Below are positions 1 through 10,736 of a stretch of 24,000 nt of DNA, piece after piece. Made by a program: the position numbers and the translations under genes. This DNA comes from Candidatus Parcubacteria bacterium (GTDB lineage: Bacteria; Patescibacteriota; Minisyncoccia; Phycocordibacterales; GCA-2747955), in assembly GCA_027024305.1 (NCBI GenBank), contig JALVSO010000027.1, positions 1,959 to 25,958 on the forward strand. Direction: 5' to 3'. The first letter of the stretch is position 1; each line of letters begins with the position of its first letter. Under the pieces are notes generated by a model. That model was not told where the DNA came from. It saw nothing but the letters and a program-made list of their open reading frames with translations, and made no database searches.

Positions 1-7
1 TTTGACT

Positions 8-35
8 TTGAGCCAAGAGACTTTGTTGGTATAAT
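8..35 (+). promoter_or_regulatory. putative sigma70-type promoter upstream of pheT (TTGAGC, 16-nt spacer, extended -10 TGgTATAAT)
   Basis: TTGAGC at 8-13 and TATAAT at 30-35, preceded by TGg. It lies 28 nt upstream of the pheT ATG. Sequence match only. Confidence 0.35.
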
Positions 36-62
36 CCTTTTTATAAAGAAAAAATAATAAAT

Positions 63-2033
63 ATGAAATTTAGCTATAACTGACTTCAAAGATTGTTTGA
101 AGATAAATTGCCGGAAGCGGAGGAGATTGCCGAGAAAATGGGAGCCCATTCTTTTGAATTGGAGGGGTTGGAAAAAACGGAAACGGGAGATTTTTTGGTT
201 GATTTGGATATTTTACCCAATCGTTCTTCCGATGCCTATGCCTATAAAGGCATTGCCCAAGAGATTTCCGCCCTTTTTAATTTGAAATTAAAAGAAGGAA
301 TCTATAATCCGCCAAAAGGCGATGAAAGTTTTAAAACTTCCGATTTTATAAATCTAAAAGTGGAAGATAAAAATCTGGTGAAGCGGGCCACCAAAAGACT
401 GGCCGTGGATGTTGAAATCAGAGAATCACCGGAGTGGTTAAAAGAGATTTTAAATTCTATCGGTCAAAAATCCATCAATAATGTGGTGGATATTACCAAC
501 TATGTTATGTGAATGACCGGACAGCCGGTTCACGCCTTTGACTTTGATAAGCTGGCCGGTGGAGAAAAGAAAGATGTTTTTATTCGCCATGCCAAAAACG
601 GAGAAAAGGTTGTTGACTTGAGTGGAGATGAACACGAGCTGGATGAAACGATGTTGGTCATTGCCGATGAAGAAAAAGTTCTGGACATTGCCGGTATCAA
701 GGGGGGTATGGATTCCGGGGTGGATCAGAATACCAAAAGGGTGATGCTTTCGGCGGTTAATTTTGATTTTCAGAATATCAGAAATACTTCCAAAAAATTA
801 AAGTTGAGAACGGATGCTTCAGCTCGTTTTGAAAATGAGGTCCCTCTCTGTCGTTTGGATGATGCCATGAATTTATTTTCCGCTCTTCTAGAAGAACTGG
901 CCGGAGCTCGGGTTTCCACAGAAATCATAGATACAAAACCCTTTGATTTTGAATCTAAAAAATATATTGAAATTTCCCGAGAAAAAATCAATTCTCTTCT
1001 GGGAACGGAAGTGGCCCAGGAGAGAATCAAGGATATTTTTGAAAGCTTGAATTTGAAGACGGAAATTTCCGATGGCCTTTTTAAAGTGGAAATTCCCTGC
1101 GACCGTTTGGATTTGAATATTCCGGCCGATTTGGTGGAGGAGGTTGGGCGAATTATCGGCTATGACAATTTGGAAGCCAAGATGCCGGCCGAGGAATTTA
1201 ATTTTCCGGAACCGTCCATTTTTAAAGAAAGCTATTACAAAGCTTTGGATTTGTTGGTCTCCCTGGGCTTCTATGAAATTCAATCGCGGGCCCTTGCCGG
1301 CAGGGGAGTTATAGAATTGGCCAACCCCTATACTTCGGAGTTGTCTTTTGTTCGGGATAATCTTTTGGACAAACTGAAAGAAAAAGCTGAAAAGGAAATC
1401 TTTAACCTGTCGGAGCCGAAACTTTTTGAGATAGGAAAAATTTTTACCGCCTATGAAACCGATGATGAGGATAAGAATGTGGCCGAACATTGATCCTTTG
1501 CCGGAATTATCGGCAGGAAGAAAATAAAGGAGAAGCAGAAAGAAGAGCTTTTTTATAGGACCAAGGGTTATTTGGAAAAAGTTTTTGAGGTTCTTTCGAT
1601 TAAAGATGTTCAATGGAAAGACAGTGATGAGGAGGAATTTTTGGCTGATATTTTTGTCGAAGATTTGAAAATCGGTTCCCTGGGAGTTAATTTCTGAGAA
1701 TTGAATTTTGAAGAGCTGATTAAACATATTGATAAAAGGGTAGATTACAAACCGGTTTCAAAATTCCCCAAAATTGAAAGAGATGTGGCTTTTTGGGTGC
1801 CGGAAGATTATCAAGTAGCCGAAGCTGAAAAATTGATAAAATCCGTTTTGGGAGAAAATCTAAAATCGGTGGAGCTGTTTGATATTTATAAAGACAGTGA
1901 GAATCAAAGAAAATCCCTGGCTTTTAAAATTATCTTCCAGTCCGATGAAGAAACCCTTTCCGATGAATTTGCCAATGGAGAAATGGAAAAGGTTTATTCT
2001 CTGTTAAAAGAGCAGGGTTTTGGGGTGAGGTAA
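63..2033 (+). CDS. pheT: phenylalanine--tRNA ligase beta subunit (656 aa if TGA is sense)
   Basis: One frame joins tracked ORFs 93-512, 513-1493 and 1701-2033 across in-frame TGA at 81-83, 510-512, 1491-1493 and 1695-1697. The N-terminus MKFSYN[TGA]L matches the conserved MKFSxxWL start of bacterial PheT. It also has the NYVM.MTGQPVHAFDFDKL core and a C-terminal KFPKIERDVAFWVP...SLAFKIIFQS anticodon-binding-like domain. TAA stop. Confidence 0.9.
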
Positions 2034-2089
2034 TAATATTACTACGCCGGGGGTGGTAGGATGATTTTTTCGTATGTTAGAATAGTTGA

Positions 2090-3199
2090 ATGAAAAGAAT
2101 TTATCTTGGAGAGAAAAAAGATAAACTTTTAATCTTTTTAAATAAACATAAAAATAAATTTTCTTGAGGGACTTTTTTAGTTGGTTTTCTTTTTGATGTT
2201 TTTACCCTGAATAGAATAGATGCTCTCTATGGAAATTTGGTCCTGGGTTTCTATCTTTTTCTGGCCATTTTCCTGATTTTCTTAATAAATTGGGGGGATT
2301 ATAGGGGCATTAAAAATAAGTTTGTTTTTAAGCTTTACCAATATGCTCCCTTTGCTCTGCAATTTTCTTTTGGTGCCTTGCTTTCAGGTTTTGTAGTTTA
2401 CTATACAACCTCTGCCACTTTTTATAATTCCTGACCTTTTCTTTTGGCTCTCTATCTGTTTTTTATTCTAAATGAAAAAATAGAAAAGTACTATGAAAGA
2501 TTTGAATTTCAAATGGCGGTTTTCTTCCTGGCTCTCTTTTCATTTTCTATTTTTTTCCTACCGATTTTAACCAAGAGAATCGGCGATAAAATTTTTATTG
2601 CCAGCGGAGCTTTATCTGTCCTGTTTATTTTTTGACTGCTTCGTTTTATCTATAAAATTTTGCCCGTTTTGAAAAGACGAAGGTGAAAAGTAATCAGAAA
2701 TATCTTCGTTATTTTTGTTGTTTTTAATTTGTCCTATTTTTACAATATTATTCCACCGGTACCACTTTCGGCTAAAAGGGCGGAGATAGTTCACTGGGCC
2801 GGGAGAAATGAAGAGGGAAAGTATGAGCTCATTAGAGAAAAAAGAAAGTGAAACGATTTTAAAGACAGATTTTATAATATCTATTATCGCCGTCCGGGAG
2901 AAAAAGTCTATTTCTTTGTTTCCGTTTTTGCTCCCACGGATTTAAAAACAAAAATTATTCATCGTTGGCAGTATTATGATCCCCAAAAAAAAGAATGAAT
3001 TAACTATTCTAAAACAAGTTATCAAATTACCGGCGGTCGTGGCGGAGGTTATCGTGGTTATTCTTATATCTCAAAGGCTAAAGACGGGAAATGAAGAGTT
3101 AGTGTGGAAACACCCAGTGGTCTTTTAATAAATCGAGAATATTTTGAAGTTAAAAATATAGATAAAAATCTTAATTTAAAAACCGAGGTTTTAAAATAA
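2090..3199 (+). CDS. multi-pass membrane protein with DUF2914-like C-terminal domain (369 aa if TGA is sense)
   Basis: ATG at 2090. One frame joins tracked ORFs 2237-2434 and 2444-2635 and continues to TAA at 3197-3199 across 7 in-frame TGAs, with no in-frame TAA/TAG. The N-terminal two-thirds is hydrophobic. The C-terminus RWQYYDPQKKE[TGA]INY..GGRGGGYRGYSYISKAKDGK[TGA]RVSVETPSG resembles my memory of DUF2914. Confidence 0.65.
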
Positions 3200-3202
3200 T
3201 CT

Positions 3203-3967
3203 TTAATTAATATCTTCCTTTTTATTTTTTTCAGCTCTAACTAAAATAATAGGAGTTAGTTCTCGGCCCTGCCCCATGGGGTTATCTATTAAAATATTTC
3301 TGGCTCTTTCGTGGGAGAGGGGCATGGACAGACTCATCCCGATGATTTCCGTGTTTATATTGTTGCTATCGATAATGCAGCAAGGGAGGCCGTATTTACT
3401 CTCAATTTCCGAGCAGGTTTTTTTGGGATTTTCAGGGTAGATTTTGGCAAATTCGTTGTAGGGAGGAATTTCCTCGGAGAAAGTTCCGTCAATTTCGGAA
3501 ATCCTATTGCCGGCTAAAATATAGAATCACCCCTTCTTCTGTCCGAATAATTTGTAGATTAGGGAAAGGGGAATGCCCAGGAGGGCGGCAAAAAATATTC
3601 TTCACCAGCCGGCGATAAAGATGGCCGCTTGGACCTTTTCCGGCACGGCATAGGCCGGATCATTTTCGTAGGCCTTTCTCCCCATATTCCAGCGAATTAT
3701 TTTGGCGATGCTCCTGGCCAGCCATTTTGGTTTTAGAAGAGATTTATGAATTAAACGTCCCTCGGTTATGGTAATAAATTTTTCCGATACGGCTATTCAA
3801 TCTCCTTCCTGATATTCTTCCTTGATTTTTTCAAAAGCCGGAGAGATATCTTCTTTAATATTTATTTTTCCTGTGTAAACCGGGAAGCGTTTATATCACT
3901 GACCATCAACTTCTATTTTTAGATTATGTCCGGGATTTGCCTCTTTTCTTATTTCTACATTTTTCAT
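3203..3967 (-). CDS. CofE-like (F420-0:gamma-glutamyl ligase family-like) protein, tentative (254 aa if TGA is sense)
   Basis: Hand translation of the minus strand from ATG (3967) to TAA (3203-3205) gives an uninterrupted 255-codon frame with 4 in-frame TGAs. Sequence MKNVEIRKE...GD[TGA]IAVSEKFITITEGR...IIDSNNINTEIIGMS. The GDxxxxSxKxxxxxEGR pattern recalls CofE-type ligases. Only a fragment appears in the standard-code ORF track because of the TGAs. Confidence 0.5.
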
Positions 3968-4040
3968 ACTTTCATTATACTGCTTTTTAACAATATGACC
4001 AAATCATTTAATCTAAAAAAATTAGAAAACCAATCGTACT

Positions 4041-4070
4041 AAAACACCGAGGTCTTGCCTCGGTGTTTTT
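4041..4070. repeat. conserved hairpin AAAACACCGAGGtcttgCCTCGGTGTTTTT, copy 1 of 2
   Basis: Perfect 9-bp stem ACACCGAGG/CCTCGGTGT flanked by A- and T-runs. The same sequence recurs at 9698-9724. It sits between divergently transcribed genes. Confidence 0.7.
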
Positions 4071-4103
4071 GGTTTATATCTTTTTTACTGTTAAAATGGG
4101 AAA

Positions 4104-5858
4104 ATGAAACAGGAGACAGCTCTGAAAATTTTAAAGTCGGGACAGAATGTTTTTTTAACCGGATCCGCCGGAACCGGAAAGACCTATCTTTTAAATCAAT
4201 ATATAAATTATCTCAAAGAGAGAAGAATTCGTCCGGCCATCGTGGCCCCCACCGGCATCGCCGCTTCCCATTTGGACGGTCAAACCATCCACTCTTTTTT
4301 CGGTTTGGGATTGAGAAGCCAAGTGGATGACTGATTTCTGGATTCCCTTTTGCAGAAAAAATATCTCCACCAGAGGTTTAAAAATTTAAAGGTTTTAATT
4401 GTGGATGAGGTTTCCATGATTTCTCCGGAGCTGATGGAGAGTATGGATAAAATTTTAAGGGCTTTTAAATTTTCCAACAAGCCCTTTGGTGGAATTCAGG
4501 TTATTTTGTCCGGTGATTTTTTTCAGCTACCGCCGGTCAGTCGGGAAAGAAAAGCCAAGCGCTTTGCCTGGCAGGCTCCGGTTTGAAAGAGTTTAAATTT
4601 TGCCACCTGCTACCTTCAAGAAAAATTCCGCCAGGACGATGATAAATTGATCAATATCCTTGATGACATCCGCTCCGGGGAAATTTCCGAAGCCAGCTAT
4701 ACTTATCTGCAAGACCGTCACCAAGCCGAGTTGGAAAATTTTAGACCGACCAAGCTCTATACTCACAATGTGGATGTGGATCGGATAAATAAAGAAGAGT
4801 TGGACAAATTGCCGGGTGAGGAGAGGGTTTTTCTCTACACCTCTTCCGGCTCGGCTAAAAATGTGGAGAAAATTTTTAAATCATCACTTTTATTGGAAGA
4901 GGTGGTTCTGAAAAAAGATGCCGTGGTTCTCTTTATTAAAAATAATTTGGAGGAGGGTTATATCAACGGGACCACCGGCGTGGTGGTTGATTTTGACGAG
5001 GACGACGGTCTGCCCATCGTGGAGATATTTTCCGGCCGGAGAATTAAGGTTGCTCCCCTGGATTGAACCCTGGAAAATGAAAATGGAAAAATATTGGCCA
5101 CCGTTTCCCAAATTCCTCTGCGTTTAGCCTGAGCCATCACCATTCACAAATCCCAGGGAATGACTTTGGATGCCGCCGAGATTGATCTCAGCAAAACCTT
5201 TGAGGTGGGCCAGGGCTATGTGGCTCTTTCCCGAATCAGAAGTATTAAAGGTTTGCGCTTGCTTGGAATTAATGATACGGCCCTGCGGGTGGATCCTCTG
5301 ATTTTGCAGATTGAGGACCGAATGAAAGAGGCCTCCCAAAGATTTTCCGATGAGATGGAAAGTTACAGAGAGGAAGAATTAGAAAAAAAATTTAAAGATT
5401 TTATTTTAAAGGCCGGCGGGACCGTCAAGAAAGAAGAAATAGAAGAAGAGAGGGCTTTTTTGAAAGAAGAGAGGGAAAAGTTGGAACGAGCCCTGAAAAG
5501 CGGTGATGTGGAAATTGTTAAAAGAGAGAAAAAGCCGAATTACAAAATTACCGAGGAACTGATTGACCAAGTGGCTGATTTTCAAGAATTGGTTGAAAAA
5601 AGGGGTATGACCGCCGGCACTGTTATCGGACATTTGCAAAAAATCAAAGAAATGGATCCGGCCATAAATTTGGAGAAGTTTAAGCCGAACTGGGAGGTGG
5701 TGGATATGGTCCGGGAAGCCGTGGAGGACTTAAAAAAGGAAAATAAAAAAGAAAATTTTTTAGAGGACGGAACTTTAAAATTAAAACCGATTTTTAATGC
5801 TCTGGACGGGGAAGTAAGCTATGATGATATCAAGCTGGCTTTGCTTTTTATGGATTAA
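4104..5858 (+). CDS. PIF1/RecD-family SF1 helicase with C-terminal HTH-like tail (584 aa if TGA is sense)
   Basis: One frame joins tracked ORFs 4104-4334, 4350-4586, 4647-5066 and 5160-5858 across TGA at 4332, 4584, 5064 and 5130. Motifs: Walker A GSAGTGKT, Walker [18 protein letters not shown], and LRLA[TGA][13 protein letters not shown] (families have LAWAxxIHKSQG). TAA stop. Confidence 0.9.
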
Positions 5859-5882
5859 AATATCTTAGAAAATTAAAATATT

Positions 5883-5918
5883 ACACAAATGTCCGTACGG
5901 ACATTTGTGTGATTTTTT
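5883..5918 (+). terminator. intrinsic terminator after the helicase gene
   Basis: Perfect 28-nt palindrome ACACAAATGTCCGT/ACGGACATTTGTGT (5883-5910) followed by a T-run at 5913-5918. Confidence 0.75.
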
Positions 5919-6005
5919 AGAGGGGGGTTTAGAAAAGAGAAAAAGAAAAGAGAAAAGGAGAAGGTAAGGGGATGATAAGATGAGGGCGCGACAAGATGAA
6001 AGATT

Positions 6006-6034
6006 GGGGCGCGACCTTCGGTCGCGCCCCTTTT
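6006..6034 (+). terminator. GC-rich UUCG-loop hairpin plus T-run (terminator-like)
   Basis: GGGGCGCGACC-ttcg-GGTCGCGCCCC followed by TTTT. The core GCGACC-N3/4-GGTCGC recurs at 8857-8891 and 11202-11224. It sits just upstream of a TATAAT (6049-6054) preceding the next gene. Confidence 0.55.
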
Positions 6035-6063
6035 CAAAATATTTTTGCTATAATAAAGGCAAT

Positions 6064-8850
6064 ATGAGTGAATGACCACCGAGAAAAAATGAAAAAAAGG
6101 AAAGCCCACCCAATCCATACAAGTTTATTCCTGTTGTGCCGGGAAAGGGTTTCGTGGGCGATGATGTTTCAAATTCCAGGGAAACTGAGAGTATTCGCCA
6201 AATGGAGAAAGAGTATCTCGGACCGGAAGAGGATAGTTATGAATTCCGAATGGAAGAATATGCTGAGACGGGCGACCCCTCTGTTTTAAAAATAGAAGAT
6301 GTTAGAAGGACACCAGATGTTTTTGGATATGATGTGGTTTCTAATGTGCCCGGAGCGACAGAAAGTGATTTGGCGGAAGCTAGAGAGGTCGATGAAAAAT
6401 TTAGAAAAGAGATGGAAAGACAGGAACTTGACGATTATGCGGTCAGTGGAACAGAAGCTCTTTTTGCTAATCCTGATAATTTCGAAGAAAATTTATTTTC
6501 TTGAATAGATGGGACTCCCTACGAACAACTAAGAAAAGAACATGATATTTTTGAATTTAATATTTTATTTGATAAGTTGATGAAAAAAAGGGTTGGTGAA
6601 GATCCAAACGATAGGAGTATTTCAAGAGGCTATTCTCAAGAAAGGAAAAAATTTGCTTTAAACTTTATAAATTTTTGTAGGAAAAAATTTGAAGGTGATG
6701 AAAGCCCTGAAAAAGAAGAATATAATGATTTTATAAGTAAAGCATCTTTTGTTCTGACCGGAGTGGCACCGGGAGTTTTTGATTATATTGGTGGTGTTGA
6801 TGATAATTTGTTGGTCGTTTCAGAGATGCAATCGGTGCCCGGCATGAAAGTTTTTTATCAGGATAAAATGAATTCGTTAGTTTATGATTTAGAATTTTCC
6901 GATATTGATTTTTTAAGAAGGGCTTTTGAAAATAAAACAATTTTACAAAAAGCCAATATTATTAATTTGTTTCCTGAAATCATTGCTTTTGCTACTTCAA
7001 GTGGATATGCAGATAGTATTTATGAAAAGGTATTGAAAGTCTTGGATGAACAAATGGGACAAAATGTTCTGTTTGATAACCTGATATGGCAAAAAAGACT
7101 GGAAATTATTCAAATGGTTCGGGCGGAAATGCCAATAGATTCAAATGTAAGATCTTTTTCTTTCAGAAGAGATAAATTGTTAAGAGAGTTAGTAAATTTA
7201 CCGAATAAGTACAAAGACTATGAGGTTTTCTATATGGCTCGTAATCTGCTTGGCTTGAAAGATGTTTATGGAAAGGTAAGATATGCTGTTGAAGTTGATG
7301 GTGGAAAAGTGGAGAAAATGAGAATCCCCAGGGATAGGTTAGTTTATCAAAATATCTTAATGGCCCAAAAACAATCATATAATCAAAAAGAAATACTTAG
7401 GTATTTAGACGGAGAATATTATGGGGATTTAAGTCTCAGAGAAAAATGAAGGAGGGAGGTTGAAAGTGGTTATTTTATTTCCCCCGGGGGCTGGGAAGAA
7501 AACAACATTAAAGAAAGTTTAAATGTGTCGGAAGATGAAATTAAAAATATTTCAGAATATGTTAGCGGGGAAAATGCCAGAGACTTTCTTGACTTGTTTT
7601 ATGAACACACTCAACGAGATGCTTTGGAGCACGCTCTTTACGATGACCTTTCTCGTTTGTCTGTTCAGAGTCAAGAGCGTTTGTTGGATTATATGATTTC
7701 AGATCGAAGCCCCGATTCATTTTCCAGAATTAAGAAGTTTTCCAGGGGGTTGGATAATGAAAGGGAGAGAGATAATTTTTTGCAATCATTCCTTTCCCTG
7801 GCCCAGGGCGGTGAAGAAATGGGAGAAAAAATTTTAGCCATTGCCGAGGCTTATCCGAAAGAAGAAGCTTCCGCCATCTTCACCAAGTATGCGGAACTGG
7901 TTGATGCGACTGATAGGGTGGAGGAGTCTTTGAAAAAGGAGTTTCCCGGTGCTGATTTGGAAATGGTCAGAGAGATAGCTCAAAGACTTCTTTTAAAGGG
8001 AAAAAAGTTGCTGGATGAATTTTCGTCTCAAAAAGATATGAATGGGTCAGAACTGGTTAAACAGTTGGAAAAGTTGAGAGCTGAAAATATTTTATTGGTA
8101 GAAAAATATAAACTTCTGCGAGAGGCGGGAGTGGTTGAAAATATAGCCGATTTGGAATCGGTTAAAACGGAAAACCTGTCGGGGGCCGATGCTTTGAGAA
8201 ACGATAAACTAATGTCGTTCTTTAATGAGAGTTATAGGGATAATTACACTTCCTATTCGGAAGAGGGATTAAAATCTCTTTTGGAAAAGTTAAGAAAAAA
8301 TCTTTCAGCTGATAATTCAGAGGTTTATTATATGTCTTCCGGAGATAAAATTTTGTCGGCCATCCTATTGAATAAAAAAGAAGAAGAAAGAGAGGCTTAT
8401 TTAAGCGCTTTAAATGTAGATCCAACTTTAAAGGAAACTGCTGCCGGCAGGGTTTTGTTAGAGGAAGTGATGGGTCAATTGTTGGAAAGGGGATGAGCTT
8501 TAACGGCCGAAGCTTCTCCCGATAATGCTGTCCACTATATAAATTTATTTGATTTTGTGGGTTATGAAAGAGTGGAAGATTCTGATGAAGATTATATTTT
8601 AAAAATAAAAAGAGACGATACTACCTATGAGAGTAAAGATAAGAAAAAATATTCCAAAAAGAAAATCAGAGAGATGGTGGAGGGCAAGATTGCCGAAGAT
8701 GGAAAGATTGCCATTTGAATGACTCTTGATAGTAAAGAAACTCCGCCCCAGCTGGAAAAAGGTTATGTTATCACTCAGATGTTTAGAGGAAAGCTTGATG
8801 ATGTGCCAGGAAACTATTTTCTTTTGGAAAGGATTGATGAAAATAGGTAG
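6064..8850 (+). CDS. large hypothetical protein (928 aa if TGA is sense)
   Basis: ATG at 6064. One frame joins tracked ORFs 6136-6504, 6577-7449 and 7525-8496 and continues to TAG at 8848-8850, across TGA at 6073, 6502, 7447, 8494 and 8716. There are no in-frame TAA/TAG in the joining segments (checked by hand). I recognise no family. The C-terminal ~120 aa (SALNVDPTLKETAAGRVLLEEVMGQLLERG.ALTAEASPDNAVHYINLFDFVGYE) is faintly GNAT-like. Confidence 0.7.
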
Positions 8851-8856
8851 GTTTTA

Positions 8857-8891
8857 GAAAATGAGCGCGACCTGCGGTCGCGCTCATTTTC
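8857..8891. terminator. bidirectional intrinsic terminator between convergent genes
   Basis: GAAAATGAGCGCGACC-tgc-GGTCGCGCTCATTTTC. The A/T runs on both sides allow it to function on either strand. Confidence 0.8.
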
Positions 8892-9652
8892 TAACTTAAA
8901 CTTTCCCAAAGGGCTTCAAAAAGAAAACGATTTAATTTATAGATGTCTGGATCAGATATGATACTGGAAGTTAAACTTTTATTTTTAAAGGTTATATAGG
9001 CTACTTTTTGATTATAGATTTGATTAACCGCATAGAAATTTTTAATTTCGCCCCTTGGGGCTATTTTTATTTCCGTTAATTTGTTATTTTTGTTTTTTTC
9101 TAAGTATTTTCTGGCTTCCGGACTATCTATCATAATAATTTTCTTTTTGATTTTCTTTTTGATTCTTTCTTGAACATAGAGTTGGTCAATATCAGCTATT
9201 TCTTTTTCCAGGGTTTGGCTATCTACAATGGTGTAAATGATTTCGTCTTTAACCGATAGAGTTTCTTCTAAAACTTTCCTAACTCCTTCTTCGCCTTCAA
9301 AAAATTGCACTCCGGGTTTTCCGGCCGTCAGGTTGTATTGGGAAGTCAGGGCGTCAATGGTTGCTCCCAGCTCTTTTTGAGCTCTTTTAATTTCCGCTTC
9401 TTTCTTGAAAAGTAATTCTTCCAATTTGGAAGGGTGGGCCGGCAGAAACAGACCGGCGGAGCCGCTTTTTTTCTCTTTTTCTACCAATCCCAATTCCATT
9501 AATTCATCCAGAACCTTATAGGTTAGCTGTCTGGAAAGACCAACTTCCTTGGCAAGTTCTGAGCCTTTTTTCTTACCCCCCGATATCAAAAGGGAATATA
9601 TTTCAGCTTGGTTTTTACCCAGCCCAATTTCTTGTAATTTTTTATCAAACAT
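8891..9652 (-). CDS. TrmB-family HTH transcriptional regulator (253 aa)
   Basis: Intact ORF. The N-terminus LQEIGLGKNQAEIYSLLISGGKKKGSELAKEVGLSRQLTYKVLDELMELGLVEK fits the TrmB-type winged-helix pattern. TAG stop, no in-frame TGA. Confidence 0.7.
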   Translation of the reverse strand: MFDKKLQEIGLGKNQAEIYSLLISGGKKKGSELAKEVGLSRQLTYKVLDELMELGLVEKEKKSGSAGLFLPAHPSKLEELLFKKEAEIKRAQKELGATIDALTSQYNLTAGKPGVQFFEGEEGVRKVLEETLSVKDEIIYTIVDSQTLEKEIADIDQLYVQERIKKKIKKKIIMIDSPEARKYLEKNKNNKLTEIKIAPRGEIKNFYAVNQIYNQKVAYITFKNKSLTSSIISDPDIYKLNRFLFEALWESLS

Positions 9653-9697
9653 AATTCTATTTTAGCCGAAAAAGAAATAAAAAGCGAGAAGAGGAGA

Positions 9698-9724
9698 AAC
9701 ACCGAGGTCTTGCCTCGGTGTTTT
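9698..9724. repeat. conserved hairpin AAACACCGAGGtcttgCCTCGGTGTTTT, copy 2 of 2
   Basis: Identical to 4041-4070. It again lies between divergently oriented gene starts (9652 minus, 9749 plus). Confidence 0.7.
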
Positions 9725-9748
9725 ATGATTTTGTGTTACAATTCCCCT

Positions 9749-10129
9749 ATGAAAGATTTTGATTCTTGAAATGATATAAAGAAGAAAACCGAAGATGAGA
9801 AATTTCGATTTTATAAGGTTAGGGAGGTCTGGTGATGTCGTTTCGGTCTTAATATTGGTACGGAGATGAATGGTAAAGGTGAATGATTTGTACGTCCCGT
9901 TGTTGTCTTAAAAAGTTTTGGGAAGAATGCTTGTTTGGTGGTTCCTTTAACGACATCAGAAAAAGAGCACGATATGAGAATAGATATTGGTCTCATTGAT
10001 GGGAAAAAAGCAAAAGCCAATATATCCCAGATAAGGGTAGTGGATACGAAGAGATTTGAAGAAAAAATATCTTTTTTATCAAAAACCGAGTTTTCCAAAT
10101 TAAAAAAAATCGTTAAAGAATTATTTTAA
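9749..10129 (+). CDS. MazF/PemK-family toxin-like protein (126 aa if TGA is sense)
   Basis: ATG at 9749 is in frame with tracked ORF 9935-10129, across TGA at 9767, 9833 and 9884. Sequence ...FYKVREVW[TGA]CRFGLNIGTEMNGKGE[TGA]FVRPVVVLKSF...LVVPLTTS...ANISQIRVVDTKRF matches the PemK-like pattern (EIWW..G.N.G.E..GK...RPVLVL...PLTS...QIR.ID..R). TAA stop. Confidence 0.8.
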
Positions 10130-10141
10130 CGATTTTTTTTT
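10102..10141 (+). terminator. intrinsic terminator overlapping the 3' end of the toxin gene
   Basis: ATCGTTAAA-gaattat-TTTAACGAT stem flanked by A8 and T9 runs. Confidence 0.65.
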
Positions 10142-10498
10142 GAAACTTTCTCCCCCTGTAAAATAGGGGGCGAGACCTAAGCCAACTATATTGGTAGTAT
10201 ATTATAAAGAAAAAAGAAAGTCAAATTTTTTAAAGCTTTATTGTTTATATTAAAATTTAATCTGTTAATAAGTTATAAGTCGCAAGTGATAATCACCTCT
10301 ATAGTAATTAGATAGATAGTGGTTGCCTTGGTAAAAAGTGAGGTAATGAATTAGAGAAACAGTTTAAATCACCATTATTTTAGCTGAGAATACTGTTTTT
10401 TTTCTTAAAATAATGCAATAATTAAGTATTTTTATGACAAAAAAATAGCTGAAATGTGTTGAAAAATAAGGGTTTTCTAAAAATAGACACAAAAAAGC

Positions 10499-10527
10499 TT
10501 GACAAATAAATCAAAATAGTATATAAT
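10499..10527 (+). promoter_or_regulatory. consensus sigma70 promoter (TTGACA, 17 nt, TATAAT)
   Basis: TTGACA at 10499-10504 and TATAAT at 10522-10527, exactly 17 nt apart, inside a 900-bp AT-rich ORF-free region. Confidence 0.6.
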
Positions 10528-10533
10528 GCGGTC

Positions 10534-10700
10534 AGATTTTGAAAGATTGGGAAAAATTATGAAGGAGAGAGCATAATTTTTCTGAGAAAAGGAAAGGCTT
10601 TGAGAGACAAATCCAAAAATGGATTTATCTCACAAGGTCTTTGTTGACCGACCTCGGTCAGTGAAGAAAGCACTCTCTCCACGGGAGTGCTTTCTTTTTC
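10534..10700 (+). ncRNA. candidate ~165-nt small RNA (consensus promoter to intrinsic terminator)
   Basis: Bounded by the promoter above and the terminator GAAAGCACTC-9 nt-GAGTGCTTTC plus T5 (10666-10699). It contains a perfect 11-bp hairpin GAAAAATTATG-aaggagagag-CATAATTTTTC with an SD-like loop. No credible ORF. Family not recognised. Confidence 0.4.
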
Positions 10701-10736
10701 CCAGAAAAATTATACTTCGGAAATTTCTCAATCTTT

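Noticed and set aside
5915-5995. Purine-rich tract (GAAAAGAGAAAAAGAAAAGAGAAAAGGAGAAGG...) as a functional element
   Set aside because: This is low-complexity intergenic sequence in an AT-rich genome, with nothing specific to support a function.
63-10129. Translation table 25 (UGA=Gly) for the AT-rich half
   Set aside because: The informative TGA positions I could align from memory fall on conserved Trp, or on Trp/Tyr, not Gly. I still list it as the alternative to test.
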